Below, one piece after another: positions 23,095 through 36,128 of a DNA stretch of 64,000 nt (its first letter is position 1; each line of letters opens with the position of its first letter). This DNA is from Octopus bimaculoides. Taxonomy: Eukaryota. A model generated the notes under the pieces. That model did not search any database, was not told the DNA's origin, and saw only the letters and a program-made list of their open reading frames with translations. Position numbers and translations under genes: made by a program. The stretch spans positions 95,693,916 through 95,757,915 of the forward strand of contig NC_068981.1 of NCBI RefSeq assembly GCF_001194135.2. Direction: 5' to 3'.

Positions 23095-24455
23095 GTAAGC
23101 ATGAAATTAAATATTTTTTTATTTTTTTTTTTTGCCAGTAAAATTTTGTATTTATTGTAAATTCTTCTTATTTCTTACTACTCTAAGGAATACCTGTGTT
23201 TGGTTAGAGAAATAAATTCTTTGTTTAGTTGAAATTTTTGTTAGTGCAACTTTACAGTAAATTATTTCTGATATAAGGGGCAGAAGACTAAAGTTAAGAG
23301 TTCAGAGAGAGAGAGTAAGAACAAAGATAGCACAAAGTTTAAATAAAACATAATTTCTTCTTGTTGTAAAGAGTTGGACAATAAATGTTATTTTCAGCAA
23401 AGACAAAGTGGTTTAATTTGCATTTCTCTGCTTTTATGACTTAGATGAAGAAAGACAACAGCAATGATATTTTGTAGGTCTTCCATGACTTGTGAGTCAA
23501 TATGTCACTATTTATGGGTTATCCTTGGACCAGAAGTCTGATTTGAATGTTCATAACAGAGTAGACTCTATTAAAGGCACCCAAACATCAAATGGATCAA
23601 GTCTACTTTCTGAGAACAGCTACAAGTTCTGTAGAGTTAATATAACAGGGTTTGGTTTAATTTTATACTATGGTAGACACATACTCAAGCTGTTATGCAG
23701 TGAGATCAAATCCAGAACCATGGGATTCTTAAACATACTGTTTAGTCTATATTTAGTTAACTGTTTAGTCTATATTTGAGGAAACTTTCAGAGTTACTCA
23801 TCAATCATCATTATCATTATCATTTAGCATCCGTTTTCCATGCTAGCATGGGCTAGACGGTTTTACTGGAACTGGTAAGCTGGAGAGCTGTATTAGATTC
23901 TAGTCTGATTTTGGCTAAGTTTCTACAGCAGGATGCTATTCCCAACACCAATCACTCCAAAAGGATAGTGGGTGCCTTTTATGTGTCACCAGCATGGGTG
24001 CTTTTACATGTCACCATCACAGGTGCCTTTCATGTGTCACTGTAATGCGTGTCTTTTATGTGTTACTAGCACTGTCCATGACTTCTATTTCCATTTGGCC
24101 TGATGAGTCTTCTCAAACACAGTAAACAACCAAAGGTCTTGATTATGTCATTACAACCGTGAGACCCAACATCCAAAGATCATGCTTCCTCACCTCATTC
24201 CATGTCTTCCTGGGTCTACTATCAGGTATATATGTATATATGTAAGAAAAAGAGACTACAAAAGAATAAATGATTATCTTATGAACTACATTAGTTTACA
24301 GCTTTCTGCTATAAGATGCAGTTGACTCATAGTTGAGTGCCTGAATAATACCTTATAGCTTCATTGGAGCCTCAAATATGAAGTGCAATTTATTTGGAAA
24401 GAATTACATTTGTGCATACATAGGGAATGGCATTATCAAGGAGAAAGCCAACACA

Positions 24456-24498
<43 letters not shown>

Positions 24499-26386
24499 TG
24501 ACGATGATTATAAGAATAAAGGAAAATGGAGACAAATGCCCAAGATGTTATTTGAATCATCCTTTATATCACTGTTTGTCTCCATTTTCCATTATTCTTA
24601 TGTTCTCCAAAACATGTATCACTTCTCCCAAGAATTAACTCTCACGCAAGTGTGATTACCGATTCCTAGGATACTTGTGTGACATCTGGCTACTTTGTAA
24701 CTGCTTCCATGGATCTTTCCTTGTAAATTGAACATTCATATATATATATATATATATAATACATCAAGTACAGGACATTACCAATGAGTGAAAAATATGT
24801 AAACACACGAGAGGTAAGTAGAGGACAAAATACCAAAAAATATACAATAAGAACAGGACATGACCAGCGAGTGAAAAATACGTAAACACATAATGAGAGA
24901 GAGGTATGGGACATATATATACATACATATAGTCTGACTAAATTGGAAAATGATCATGTCCAGTACCTATAAAAGGAATAGATCAGAACTTAGTATTGAT
25001 TATGTAACTGAAGCGGTCAGTTGGCAGATATCATAGATCACCAGATAATATTTTGTATGCATACATTTCCAGGCCTCACTTTATCTTTCATGCTTTTCAT
25101 CATCATCGTTTAACGTCCGCTTTCCATGCTAGCATGGGTTGGACGACTTGACTGAGGACTGGCGAACCAGATAGCTACACCAGGCTCCAATCTGATTTGG
25201 CAGAGTTTCTACAGCTGGATGCCCTTCCTAACGCCAACCACTCAGAGAGTGTAGTGGGTGCTTTTACGTGTCACCTGCACAAAAGCCAGTCAGGCGGTAC
25301 TGGCAATGGCCATGCTCAAAATGGTGTATTTTATGTGCCACCCGCACAAGAGCCAGTCCATAGCATAGATAAAATAAATTATCAATCATTTACTGAGGTT
25401 GATTTAATCAATTACAGCCTTCCCCTATAGAAATAACCTGGAGCTTTAAAGAGAAATCACTATAATAAAATTTGTAAGTGTACAAAGATGTAGTGCAGTT
25501 GTGATAAATTACATTAGAAGCTTCTTCACTGCTTACTTGATTGGGTCATATGCAAATGAAAAATTTTGAAACTCCCCTCTTGATTAATTCAGGCTATACT
25601 TTTCTTCACCCTCTTTATTTCATGCTACTGGCCACATAAAATACAACTTATAAAACTTCATGCTGAAAATAACTCCTCTCAGTCGATACAATGCATGTCA
25701 GCATGGAAAAGATGATGTAAATGATGATGATGCTTGTAGCCGTTGTAGCAATGATGACAATGATTACTACAATGATAATTCTCTTTTTTCTCAATCTTCT
25801 CTCCAAATTGCAAACATCATCCTTTCCCAATATTCATAATGTTTGATGAAACAATATATTCTTCATTAATATGAACTTTGATAACAAAGAATTCTCTCTG
25901 CTTCAAAAGTAAGGGAAGTCTTATATTGTGTAAAAACTATGTTCAGAGAAATCTGTTAAATGAGTTTTGGTTTTGAAAGGATATATGTGATCTATACCAA
26001 GAGAACCAACCATAAACATCAACATCATTTATTCAAATCATATATACTGTACACATTTCTATTTCTTGAGAAGTCAGTTTTTAGTTGCTCTGCTGAAGCA
26101 TTCAACAAAATATGTGGAATAAAGTAGAATGTCTTTCAACAGAATTTCCTTTGATCACATGAGGAATTTGATCACATGAGGAATTTGATCACATGAAGAA
26201 ATGCAGTTAATAGTTTAATCAATATTTATGATTCTGTAATTGACAATAATAAAAAGGATATTTTGTGTAAAGTGTATTTGATTAAGATGTTGTATACACA
26301 CACACACATATGCATATATATATATAGTTTTATAAAGACACATTCAATTTACTAATCTCCTTTATCTCCTTTAATCCAATTTCTAG

Positions 26387-27177
26387 GTTTACCAGCCTCT
26401 GCTGTCTTTCTTTATTCACAAAAATGCTGATGTCTCTGATGAAATCATAGTTTCTGCAACTCCTCCTGAACCTACTTTTAAGTCGCTCAACACTGACAAT
26501 ATCGATACATCTTCCTTCTCAATTATAAAAGATGAATGTCTCATAGCTATGAAAAAATTTACTTCTAGTATTACTCGGACTATTCATCAAATCGAGGGTG
26601 AAGTACGGCTTGAAATACATGAATCATTTAATAATTATGATTTGCTTTCTGATCCCTCAGAACTACTGAAAGATGTTGAATTTTGTGAGCTATTAAGGAT
26701 GACTTGCACTGACTGGATGACACGGATCATTGAAGCACTGGAAATCCAGCTAAAGAAAGAACCACAAGGCAATGGGCCTCTGATGGAGATTGATTATTGG
26801 AAAGAAAGGAATGCTGCCTTAAGTGCGCTGGTTGAGCAACTTCGTTCAGGAACAGTGCGCCAGGTCTTGGATATTTTTAATTCCATTGACAATACCTTTG
26901 AAGAAATGCTGTTGGATCTACATAAATATCATATTGAAGCAAAGGATAATGTTCGTTTCCTTTCGACCCTAGAACGTCATTTCAAAAATATTTCTCATGG
27001 TTGTAGTTTCCAGGTTGTCACGGAAACGATTCCATCCATGATGAATGCCCTGAGAATGGTGTGGATTATTTCAAGACATTACAACAAAGATGAGAGGATG
27101 GTGCCTCTGATGGAGAGAATAGCTTGGGAGTTAACCGAGAGAGTTGTTCAAGTAATTAATGTTCGCAAGTTGTTTGA
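26387..27177 (+). CDS. DNAH10: DNAH10 exon 5 (start of DHC_N1)
   Basis: ttctag|VYQPLL...GPLMEIDYWKERN...HYNKDERMVPLMERIAWE...RKLF|gtgagt. Confidence 0.95.
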
Positions 27178-27619
27178 GTGAGTTCTAATTATTATTTCAT
27201 TGATAGATCACTAGAAAAATGCCTAGTATTTTGAATTAAAATTTTGCCAAAATTGACTTTAATCTTTTGGGGGCTGATAAAACAAGTATCAGACAAATAT
27301 TGAAGGTGATATAAATGATTATTAACTCTCCTGTAAAAGAGAAAAAAATCCACACGTACACGTATGCATCCATGCACACACACACACACACACCACACAG
27401 AGGCTTGATGAAACAAACAAGAGAATAAAACTCAGTACATAACAGTTTATGTGTATTTTAAAATTTAACAGAAAAGTTACATAAGTGACTCAAGTGTTGC
27501 ATGTTTCAAGCATTGCACTTAGCAAACTAACTTTAAATTGAATTAGACGAAATCTTAAGTTACTGGTGATAATGTATACAGTCCATTGACTAGCTGAAGG
27601 ACCTGATGACAGTTGATAC

Positions 27620-27850
27620 ATCCCACTGGCTTACTAAATGATGTTTCAATTTATGGTCCTCTAATGTTGTCTTGTTTATCAGTAACTGGTCTTTACAACC
27701 ACGTGTGTCCTTTCTGCAACCATTCTGTTCTTTGAGTCGAAATTTTCTGTTGAGCTTTTGATAAGTCTTAGTCTGGTTGATGTTGATGTAAGAGACATGT
27801 AGAAGTAAAACAGATATGATTGGCTTATGTAGTTTTTAGGGTAATTTGTA
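27620..27850 (-). mobile_element. R4/Dong-clade RT fragment
   Basis: PKNY... and KEQNGCRKDTRGCKDQLLINKTTLE resemble EQKGCRxxxxGCKDQLLINK of R4-type RTs. Confidence 0.65.
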
Positions 27851-28012
27851 CAGTGAAGTTACCTCCCTTCCAACCTTCACCTTTCTCTCTGTATTGTGGT
27901 ATATGTAGGATAATTTAGTGAGCCACTATGTGGTTGGAAATATTTTGACCTTTAAAACTCTGCAAGGGTAACCTTTAATTTATTTTCTCAAATTAAATTC
28001 ATGCTCTTTTAG

Positions 28013-28211
28013 ATCCACCCTTGAAGAGGTAAAGAAAAAGACTTCTGGTGCTAAAAAAATGTTAACCACTTGGAAAGAATCCTACTTTGAAAGACGTGCA
28101 AAAATTGAAGCTTCTGGGCGAGATCAGCGGTGGGAATTTGATAGGAAAAGATTGTTTGAAGCTACAGACTATATGGCCACTATAAATCAAGATCTTTATG
28201 ACATTGGTCAG
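28013..28211 (+). CDS. DNAH10: DNAH10 exon 6
   Basis: STLEEV...AKIEASGRDQRWEFDRKRLF...DIGQ|gtgaca. Confidence 0.95.
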
Positions 28212-28698
28212 GTGACAGTCATCAATTTTTTCTATAAATAATCCTTACATGTGTAACTTGTGGCACTTACTCTGCTTGTGTCCTGTAAGAAGTATGGTAC
28301 ATATGATGTCATGATTATATAAACATTATAACTTTTTATTAATAGCTTTCAAAATAATTTGTAGGTCTAACTTTCTCAATTTATGTGATTTTTGTCTATT
28401 TCTTCCTTACTCACTAATGTTTTACTTCCAACTAGGATTTGTTGAAGCTAAGTAATTTCTCAAATAATCAGACAGTGTACTATTTGGTGGACTCTGTACT
28501 GGATACAGTGTTTGTTAAATTATTCTTTTTATTGTATGCAATAACTAACAAGGTGCACTACTAGAAAAAGATTGCTAATGCCTCCTTTAAAGCTTGGTTA
28601 TTTTCGTTATGATAGAAATATCATGACAGATGTTTAGACATATTACTTTCATTATGCTTTAAGTTTGTCATGCTCAAAGTTTGATATTATATTTTTAG

Positions 28699-28815
28699 GT
28701 CATGGAAGAGTTCTACAACATTTTTGGATCAGAACTGAAAGCTGTTACAGGAGATCCTAAGAAAATTGAAGATGTTATTCAAAGAGTTAAAGGTTTAATT
28801 AAGCCCCTCAGTGTG
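28699..28815 (+). CDS. DNAH10: DNAH10 exon 7
   Basis: VMEEFYNIFGSELKAVTGDPKKIEDVIQRVKGLIKPLSV|gtaagt. Confidence 0.95.
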
Positions 28816-31800
28816 GTAAGTGTTACTGATTAGTTTAAATAGACATTTTTGGTGCATGTAATATTAAAAAAGAAAAATAAAGACATCTCTCATTTTTATT
28901 TTTCATTTATATATTTGAGTTTTCTTTCTTTATGAAGTATTGTTTGTAGATCTGAAATGGTGCCACATTAACCTGTAATCTAGATAGTAACATAGTTATC
29001 TGCACTTTACAACACAACCAACCATAATTTACAATAAGATCTTAGTGCAGACTTCAGTATAGGATATCTTGGAAGAATTAGTGAACGAATCCATTATGTT
29101 TTTGGCAAGGTTAAAAAGGTGAATGTGGCTAAGGCCCTGGTAATATTATAATCTTCTGGTTTCAAATGAATAATGATAAAGAACATCAAGAAATACAAAG
29201 ACACAAGTTAAAGTAGACTGCCACATTTATTTTGCCGTTAAACGAAAATACAGCAAACTGGTATACATGAATAATTCTGTTAATAAAAATACATTGGTTC
29301 CTTGTGTGGCTTGAACATAAAGATGTGCATGGGAAAAACACATAGCATGGTGACAAAAATCTCTGCTGACAATTCTCTTCTCACGGAGAATGCATAGTGA
29401 AATAAACTTGTTCTATGCTGAAGATCTGAACTCCATCATGACAACCCAACTCACTGAAGAAAATAGTGGGAAAAGACATCCTTAAATAGCTATGGGTAGG
29501 CTCAAATGGACCACACTTTTATGGCCAGGCAAGTGGTCTGATTGGATGACTTAAAGTATCCAATCAGCACAAGCAAGTATGGTTGTGTGACTGCTTGCAG
29601 AAAACAATGGTGATGAGCCAAAATGTGGGTACTTAAAGGTAAATTGTGAACATGCTTGCTACATGTTCATCTGAATGCATGATGTCATTGGCATGCTCAT
29701 ATAAAGTTGGCTGATGTTATATAACAACAACAATGGCAGTAGTAACAATAGACCACATCATAAGAGATGCCACTTGATAGGAAACTAATTTACAATTACC
29801 TTTTAATACTAGTCTACTGTTAAACTGAGTTTTTATTCAAGTTAGAAAATAAAATTCTACAACTATTGCCACTACTTCTCTGAATTCATTAACTCTATGA
29901 TATTCTCAAGTAAATCTGTTCAATGTCCTCTGTTTTTCACTAATGTTATTGGCTCTTGAATCCTACACTAAACATTTAATCCTATTATTTCTCTCTATTC
30001 CCTGTCTCTCAAACGATGTTCTATCAAATGATGCATAATGAAAAAGTCTTCAGGAAAGTGTCATATACCTAGTGAAAATTAGAGCTGCCAAGTACTCATC
30101 ATCATCATCATCATCATCATTTAGCATCTGTTGTCCACATATATAAACATACTCAATATGTTCATATATATAAGGTCTCAATCAGGATAGACCATGTATT
30201 TACATCGGGAAAGTTCCAGGGTACATAGATAAAGCTGTATAGTTATAAATATTGAGAACTGTGTATAATATATATGTATGAACTCAAGGTATAAAAAAAT
30301 GTACATGTAAATTATATTAAACTAGGCATATAGCTATAAAACTGTTGTATAGAATGATTCTCTTCTATCTATAGGCATACAAATTACTTTTGATTGTGAA
30401 CATAATCATTTTGTTTAAGCATATCTAATTTTAAAATGCTGTTAGATTAAGGAATAGATGCTGAATCACAGAAGAAAGCACATATAAACAAATCCACAAA
30501 TAAAGAATATTCACATGCTAATCAACAAGAAAATATGTATTTTTGCATACATCCAAACTATCACATACATATGCATGTATCCATATATGTGTATGCATAG
30601 TGGATCAGTCTGATATTTTAGGTTGTCATAGTGTGGTGTTATACTGTTATAGAATATGTTATATCAAAATTAAGGCTTTTTAAAAAAAATTTTCTGTTAA
30701 CTTGTTCGGGTTGTGGTAGTGATGGTGTTATTTATGTCTGGGTGGAGTGTTAATGGGTGTTGTTGTAATTCCATTCATATTTTCATTTTGAATTTCATCC
30801 TCTAAAGGCAGTTGTCCATGTACAGCCAGTATCATAGAATAAGAATAAACAAAGGAACCAAAAATACATTTCAAACCCACCATAAAAAATATGTAAATGA
30901 ATGGAGTATTCTTTATGTATCGGAGCAATATTTAAAAAAATAAATGAACATATAGAATCATAGTGAAGATAGGCAATAAACTGAAATTAATAAAATGTGA
31001 AAGTAATATATATCAGTTTACTGGGTTTACATCTCAGTGAAGCAGAGTCTTAAGACTCTGACAAGGAATAATTTCATAAGATGTGTTTGGGGAGTCAGAT
31101 AAAAATACTTAGTTTGGAAATGAGAACGAGAAAACAAGAAATAGAAATTGAATCCAGCAAAAAATATGGAAGTGCTCAATTAATCTGTTTAATTTAGTGG
31201 TTGTGTAAATTTTGAGAATTTAATTACGTGTTTATTGAAGTGGCAACATATTCTGATAAATTCAGATCTAGTGCTTATGTATTCTATGACATTGACGTTT
31301 TTTTTATGTTATGAGACTTTTTTTTTATTGGTGATTGGTGCAAAGTTGCATCTTCTTGTGCTGTTTATATATGGTTTGCTTCTCTTCATTCAATGTTGAA
31401 ATGAGTTTAAGTACCATATTTAGTTGAATGAAGTTGTGGCATTCTTCTTTGTCACATGCCTGAATAACAAACTATGGATGAATTAGTATTGTCTGAATTG
31501 CATGTATATGTGTATATGTGTGCACATGCATGTCAGAAACTCAATATTTGCATTCTTGTCATTTATATCCACATAGTTTTTGACAGGCTCTGTCGAAGTT
31601 TAACATCATATCTTGATTGCAATAGACTGAATCTATTGTTGATACATTTAATATAGGTTTCAGATTTTAGCATAAGGCCAGCAATTTCAGTGGAGAGGTA
31701 AGTGGATTACGTCCATCCCAGTGTCCAATTGGTACTTCTTTTATTGACTCTGTAAGGCAAAAATCAACCGCAGTGGAATTTGAACTCAGTGTGTAAAGAT

Positions 31801-32819
31801 GGTGGAAATACTGCTAAACATTTTGTCCAGGCATGGTAACGATTCTGTCAGCTTGTCACCTTTTTGATACATTTAATATTGTAGATGAGATAGCTGAAAC
31901 AAGAACATAGTAAATTGGTTGTTTACTATATCTAGATTTGAATATTATTAATTACTTTACTGAGCTAAGATATTTCTAAGAAATAATTACTAACTGAGCT
32001 AAGATATTTCTCTTGATTCGTATAATTCCTGTAAAATAATTTACCTGTCAAAACTGATTTGAATTTGTTAAAAGAAAAGCATTTTATATTTGATCAAGAT
32101 AAGGCAGCAAGTTGGCAGAATCATTAGTACCCAGGTGAAATGCTTAGTAACATTTCGTCCGTCTTCACGTTCTGAGTTAAAATTCTGCTGAAGTCGACTT
32201 TACTCTTCATCCTTTCAGGATCGATAAAGTAAGATTCAGTTGAGTACTGGGGTCGAGGCAATCGACATACCCAATCTCCAAAATTGCCGGCCTTGTACCA
32301 AAATTCGAAATCAGTTTTTGAGCAAGAAATTCAAAGGGAAATAATTCCCATAAAATGGATGTAAGGGCGGTAACCTTCATCAATGCGTCAAAACGAATTT
32401 TGTCCCATCTCAACTTCTCGATTTGATTGAATCTTTCCATTAAGTTTATTAACCACCACATTTCAGTTCTACTGAATATTTTCACTTATTGCATATATGT
32501 ATATATTTATTGACTCATTCACAAAATATTCTCAAATAAACTATTTATTCAGCTGTGATTTCTCAGCAATTAAAGCAGCGAGCTGGCAGAATCGTTAGCA
32601 GGCCATACAAAATGTTTAGTAGCATTTTTTTGTGGCTTTACGTTTCGAGTTCAAATTCCTCTGAGACAGACTTTGCCTTTCATTCTTTCGGGGCCAATAA
32701 AATAAGTATGAGTTGAACACTGGAGTTAATATGATCGTCTAGCACACTCACTCCTCCAAAATTTCAGGCCTTGTACATAAAGTAGAAATAATTATTTCTC
32801 AGCAATTAGTAGAATAATG

Positions 32820-33170
32820 TTGTTGGCACTCCGTCGCTTACGGAGTTGATCCGATCAACGGAACACCCTGCTCGTGAAATTAACGTGCAAGTGGCTGAGC
32901 ACTCCACAGACACGTGTACCCTTAACGTAGTTCTTGGTGATTTTCAGCGTGACACAGTGTGACAAGGCTGACCCTTTGAATTACAGGCACAACAGAAACA
33001 GGAAGTAAGAATGAGAGAAAGTTGTGGTGGAAGAGTACAACGGGGTTCCTTGTGGAGCTTTAGGTGTTTTCGCTCAATAAACACTCACAACACCCGGTCT
33101 GGGAATTGAAACTGTGATCCTATGACCGTGAGTCCGCTGCCCTAACCACTGGGCCATTGCGCATCCACAG
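32820..33170 (-). mobile_element. tRNA-derived SINE, young (CpG-rich) copy
   Basis: Head gcgcaatggcccagtggttagggcagcggactcacggtcataggatcacagtttcaattccc (A- and B-box-like), with no tRNA acceptor-stem 3' half, followed by about 280 bp of body. Confidence 0.7.
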
Positions 33171-33878
33171 TAGAATATATATATATAATAATCGTATAGA
33201 ATAAGTATTATCTAAAATCTGAATATATTTAGAAGCAGGTGATACCTAAGCACAACAGTACCAAATCAAAAAGTGACCCTCTGTGTGTGCACTTAGGTAG
33301 TTAGAATAAAAGCTAAAATTTCCTACCAACCACATACTTTCATCCGACAAAAAGGAAAGGTAATTTAGACTAGGCAATTCTAGATATATGGAAAAGAACA
33401 GCTGATTTTGCCTCGGTTGATCATAATCTTGCTTGATTAAGGCTGCCTTGGAGCTAAACAGCAACCATATAATGTTTTATCTCTAATGTATGCATTATAC
33501 AGGTACAAAATTGATTTTTCTGAACCTTTGGCTCCAAAGACTTTCAGAATTATTGATATTTTTCAAACTAGGGTTGGTCACCTCTAAATTTAACAAATAT
33601 TAAATTTACTTAAATAATTAAATGAAATAGAAGTCACCTGAACATTAGTATAAATGATACAAGTTTATTAATGCTGTACTGTGCAGAATACAGGACTAAC
33701 CTATAAACTAGTCTGAGGTTGTGCGAAATTTAAGTTTCTGCTCATAAAACAATATGGATTATAAGAGTTTCCAGACCTTCAGTGTCGGGAAAGTTGATGT
33801 TCTACTTCTATTACTCTCCTTTTACAAATGTCTCCAAACGTTTTAACTGCTCTTCTTTATTAAAATCTATCATTTCAG

Positions 33879-34127
33879 GTAAGCTTTGATCCATTTTCCT
33901 TAACAAACAAATATTTATGGAAAACATTGATGGATAATTTCCAGAAAGAAGTATTGTCAATTGAACAAGAAGCTGCTGGCTTTATTGACAAATCATTTAA
34001 AAACTTACGATCAGCAGAGGGAGCTTTTGATATGTTGCTTAAATTTCAACACATTCGTTCCAGAGAATCTATTAATAAACAACTGATGCAGAAGTTTACA
34101 GAGATCTTAGAACAGTATAAAAAAGAA
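33879..34127 (+). CDS. DNAH10: DNAH10 exon 8
   Basis: tttcag|VSFDPF...FKNLRSAEGAFDMLLKFQHIRSRE...QYKKE|gtaagc. Confidence 0.95.
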
Positions 34128-34628
34128 GTAAGCATTTTATATATTCTGGAATGGTCTATAGAAATTACAGGGCTGTAACTTTGATTAAAAACTGGAATAT
34201 AGCAGAAGAGGGATGTGACTTTGTCCTACGAGAGCACCGTAGGAATTCTGAAACTTTCTCATATGATTGGAAAAATTTCATCCTCAAGTAATAAACAACA
34301 CAAAAGATGAGATAATTGAACTGTGGTGGTACTTGTGGTATTTGTAGCATGACTTTACTAGTATTATCATTGATGTAGCTTTAGTGATGTGTCATTTTCA
34401 GTGAAACACTAATAATTGGTTTGTTAGCTTATTAACATATTTGTAGAGTAATATTATATAAGTTTTGTTGTTGTAAATATATTTTTCCATTTTTTATATT
34501 TTTCATTTTCTATTTTGTTTTTGCTACTTTGCTGTTCACAGGATAAAATGTGGTGAAACATTTCTAACAGAATAACAAGAAAACTTGCCATTGTCATACT
34601 CAATATCTGTTTATACAATTAAGTTATA

Positions 34629-34845
34629 TGAAGGGGTGCTGAAAAGTTCCTGACTTTAAGGGTACTGTGAAAGGCCTGGTTGGAAACCCAACCTTCCAAG
34701 TTATTTTACAAGACTTAGAACAACTGAATGACTGCTGCAATAAATGTGTGAATCTGAGAGGAGAATATGTTCAACAAAATCATAATTGACTGATCCTCCT
34801 GTGTTTTCTTTTACCCGAAGCCAAGAACTTTACAGCACCCTCTTG
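34629..34845. mobile_element. Mariner-type MITE (217 bp)
   Basis: TA-flanked TIRs gaggggtgctgaaaagttc... and ...gaactttacagcaccctcttg. Confidence 0.85.
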
Positions 34846-34949
34846 TATAACGTACTAGTGGTATTTGTGCCTCTTGTTGCTTGCATAATATTTTACTCTT
34901 GTTCCTTAGACTCCTTTCTAGTTCACTTTCTCTGTTCTTTACTATGAAA

Positions 34950-35280
34950 CAATTGGTTAGAGTGTCAGGCTCACAATCATGAGGTAGTGAGTTTGAATCC
35001 CAAATGAGGCTGTGTATTGTGTTCTTGAGCAAGACACTTTATTTCATGTTGTTCCAGTTCACTCAGTTGTAGAAATGAGTTGCAACGTCACTGGTGCCAA
35101 GCTGTATTGGTCTTTGCCTTTCCTTTGGATAACGTTGATGACATGGAGAGGGGAGGCTGGTATGAATCAGTGACTGCTGGTCTTCCATAAACAACCTTGC
35201 CCAGACTTGTGCCTCAGAGTGTAACTTTCTAGGTGCAGTCCCATAGTCATTCATGACTGAATGGGGTCTTTACTCTGACT
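34950..35280 (+). mobile_element. tRNA-derived SINE family B (also about 37540-37880 +, 58248-58545 +, 21860-21980 -)
   Basis: tggttagagtgtcaggctcacaatcatgaggtagtgagtt...tgttcttgagcaagacactttatttcatgttg shared among copies. Confidence 0.75.
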
Positions 35281-35951
35281 ATGAAGCACACTACCTTTCT
35301 TTTTTGTACAATGAACATACTTAATATTCTTAGTATTCTAATCAATAGGATAGTAGCTGTAAAAAAATCTGCACTTCTAGAGCGGTCAGGTACTACAAAG
35401 ACAAGTTACCTTTGTGATAGATGTTTTAGCTATTTAGCGATTAGACAAAAGTTGTTAAGTAAAGAAAGATATGTATTTTGTAGTTCAATTTCATTGTCCT
35501 TAGAACTCTGTTCCTCTTCTTCTCAGAAATAAAGAGTTATTATATAACATCATAGGTGGAATCGTACTTCTGCTTCAAGCACATGCATACAACCAATATA
35601 TCTATGTATCTTGCAGACTTGTGTTTGATGTTTCTTCTATTTGTGTGGTGTGCTGGAACACATGACTATAACTAATTCTATTTGTTGACTCTTATAAGCA
35701 AGAAGTAAATGTATCTTATTTAAACAAATATCACTGAAGTTTGGTTAGAAGTCCTGTACATTATACACTTTGTGTATAAATACATAATCCCTCTGATTCT
35801 ATATTAATTACCATAGTAAATAAGATGGATATATAAAAAATTATATTATATAGCATGGGGAAGTAGATGAAAATATATGAAATATAAATGCAGAAATATT
35901 TAAATTTAATACAAAATCCTTTCATTATCATTTCAATTAATTTTCTTCTAG

Positions 35952-36128
35952 GTTGTATTTGTGGAAGATGAATTTATTAAAAACCGGAAAAATCCCATTC
36001 TATTCAAAATGATGCCACCATGTGCTGGCCGCATTTACTGGGAACGATCACTATTTCACAAGATAAAACATACCATCATTTCTTTCCTTTCATTTGAAGA
36101 GATGATGGGAACAGAAACTGGTAAGAAG
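35952..36128 (+). CDS. DNAH10: DNAH10 exon 9
   Basis: VVFVEDEF...PPCAGRIYWERSLF...TGKK|gtaaga. Confidence 0.93.

Noticed and set aside
30728-30928. Minus-strand 66-aa ORF (…HGQLPLEDEIQNENMNG…) as a nested gene
   Set aside because: No recognisable homology, no convincing splice acceptor, and the first half is low-complexity.
33100-33170. tRNA genes (also near 5521, 32575, 37545 and 58250)
   Set aside because: tRNA-like heads lack a complete cloverleaf/acceptor stem and continue into shared SINE bodies.
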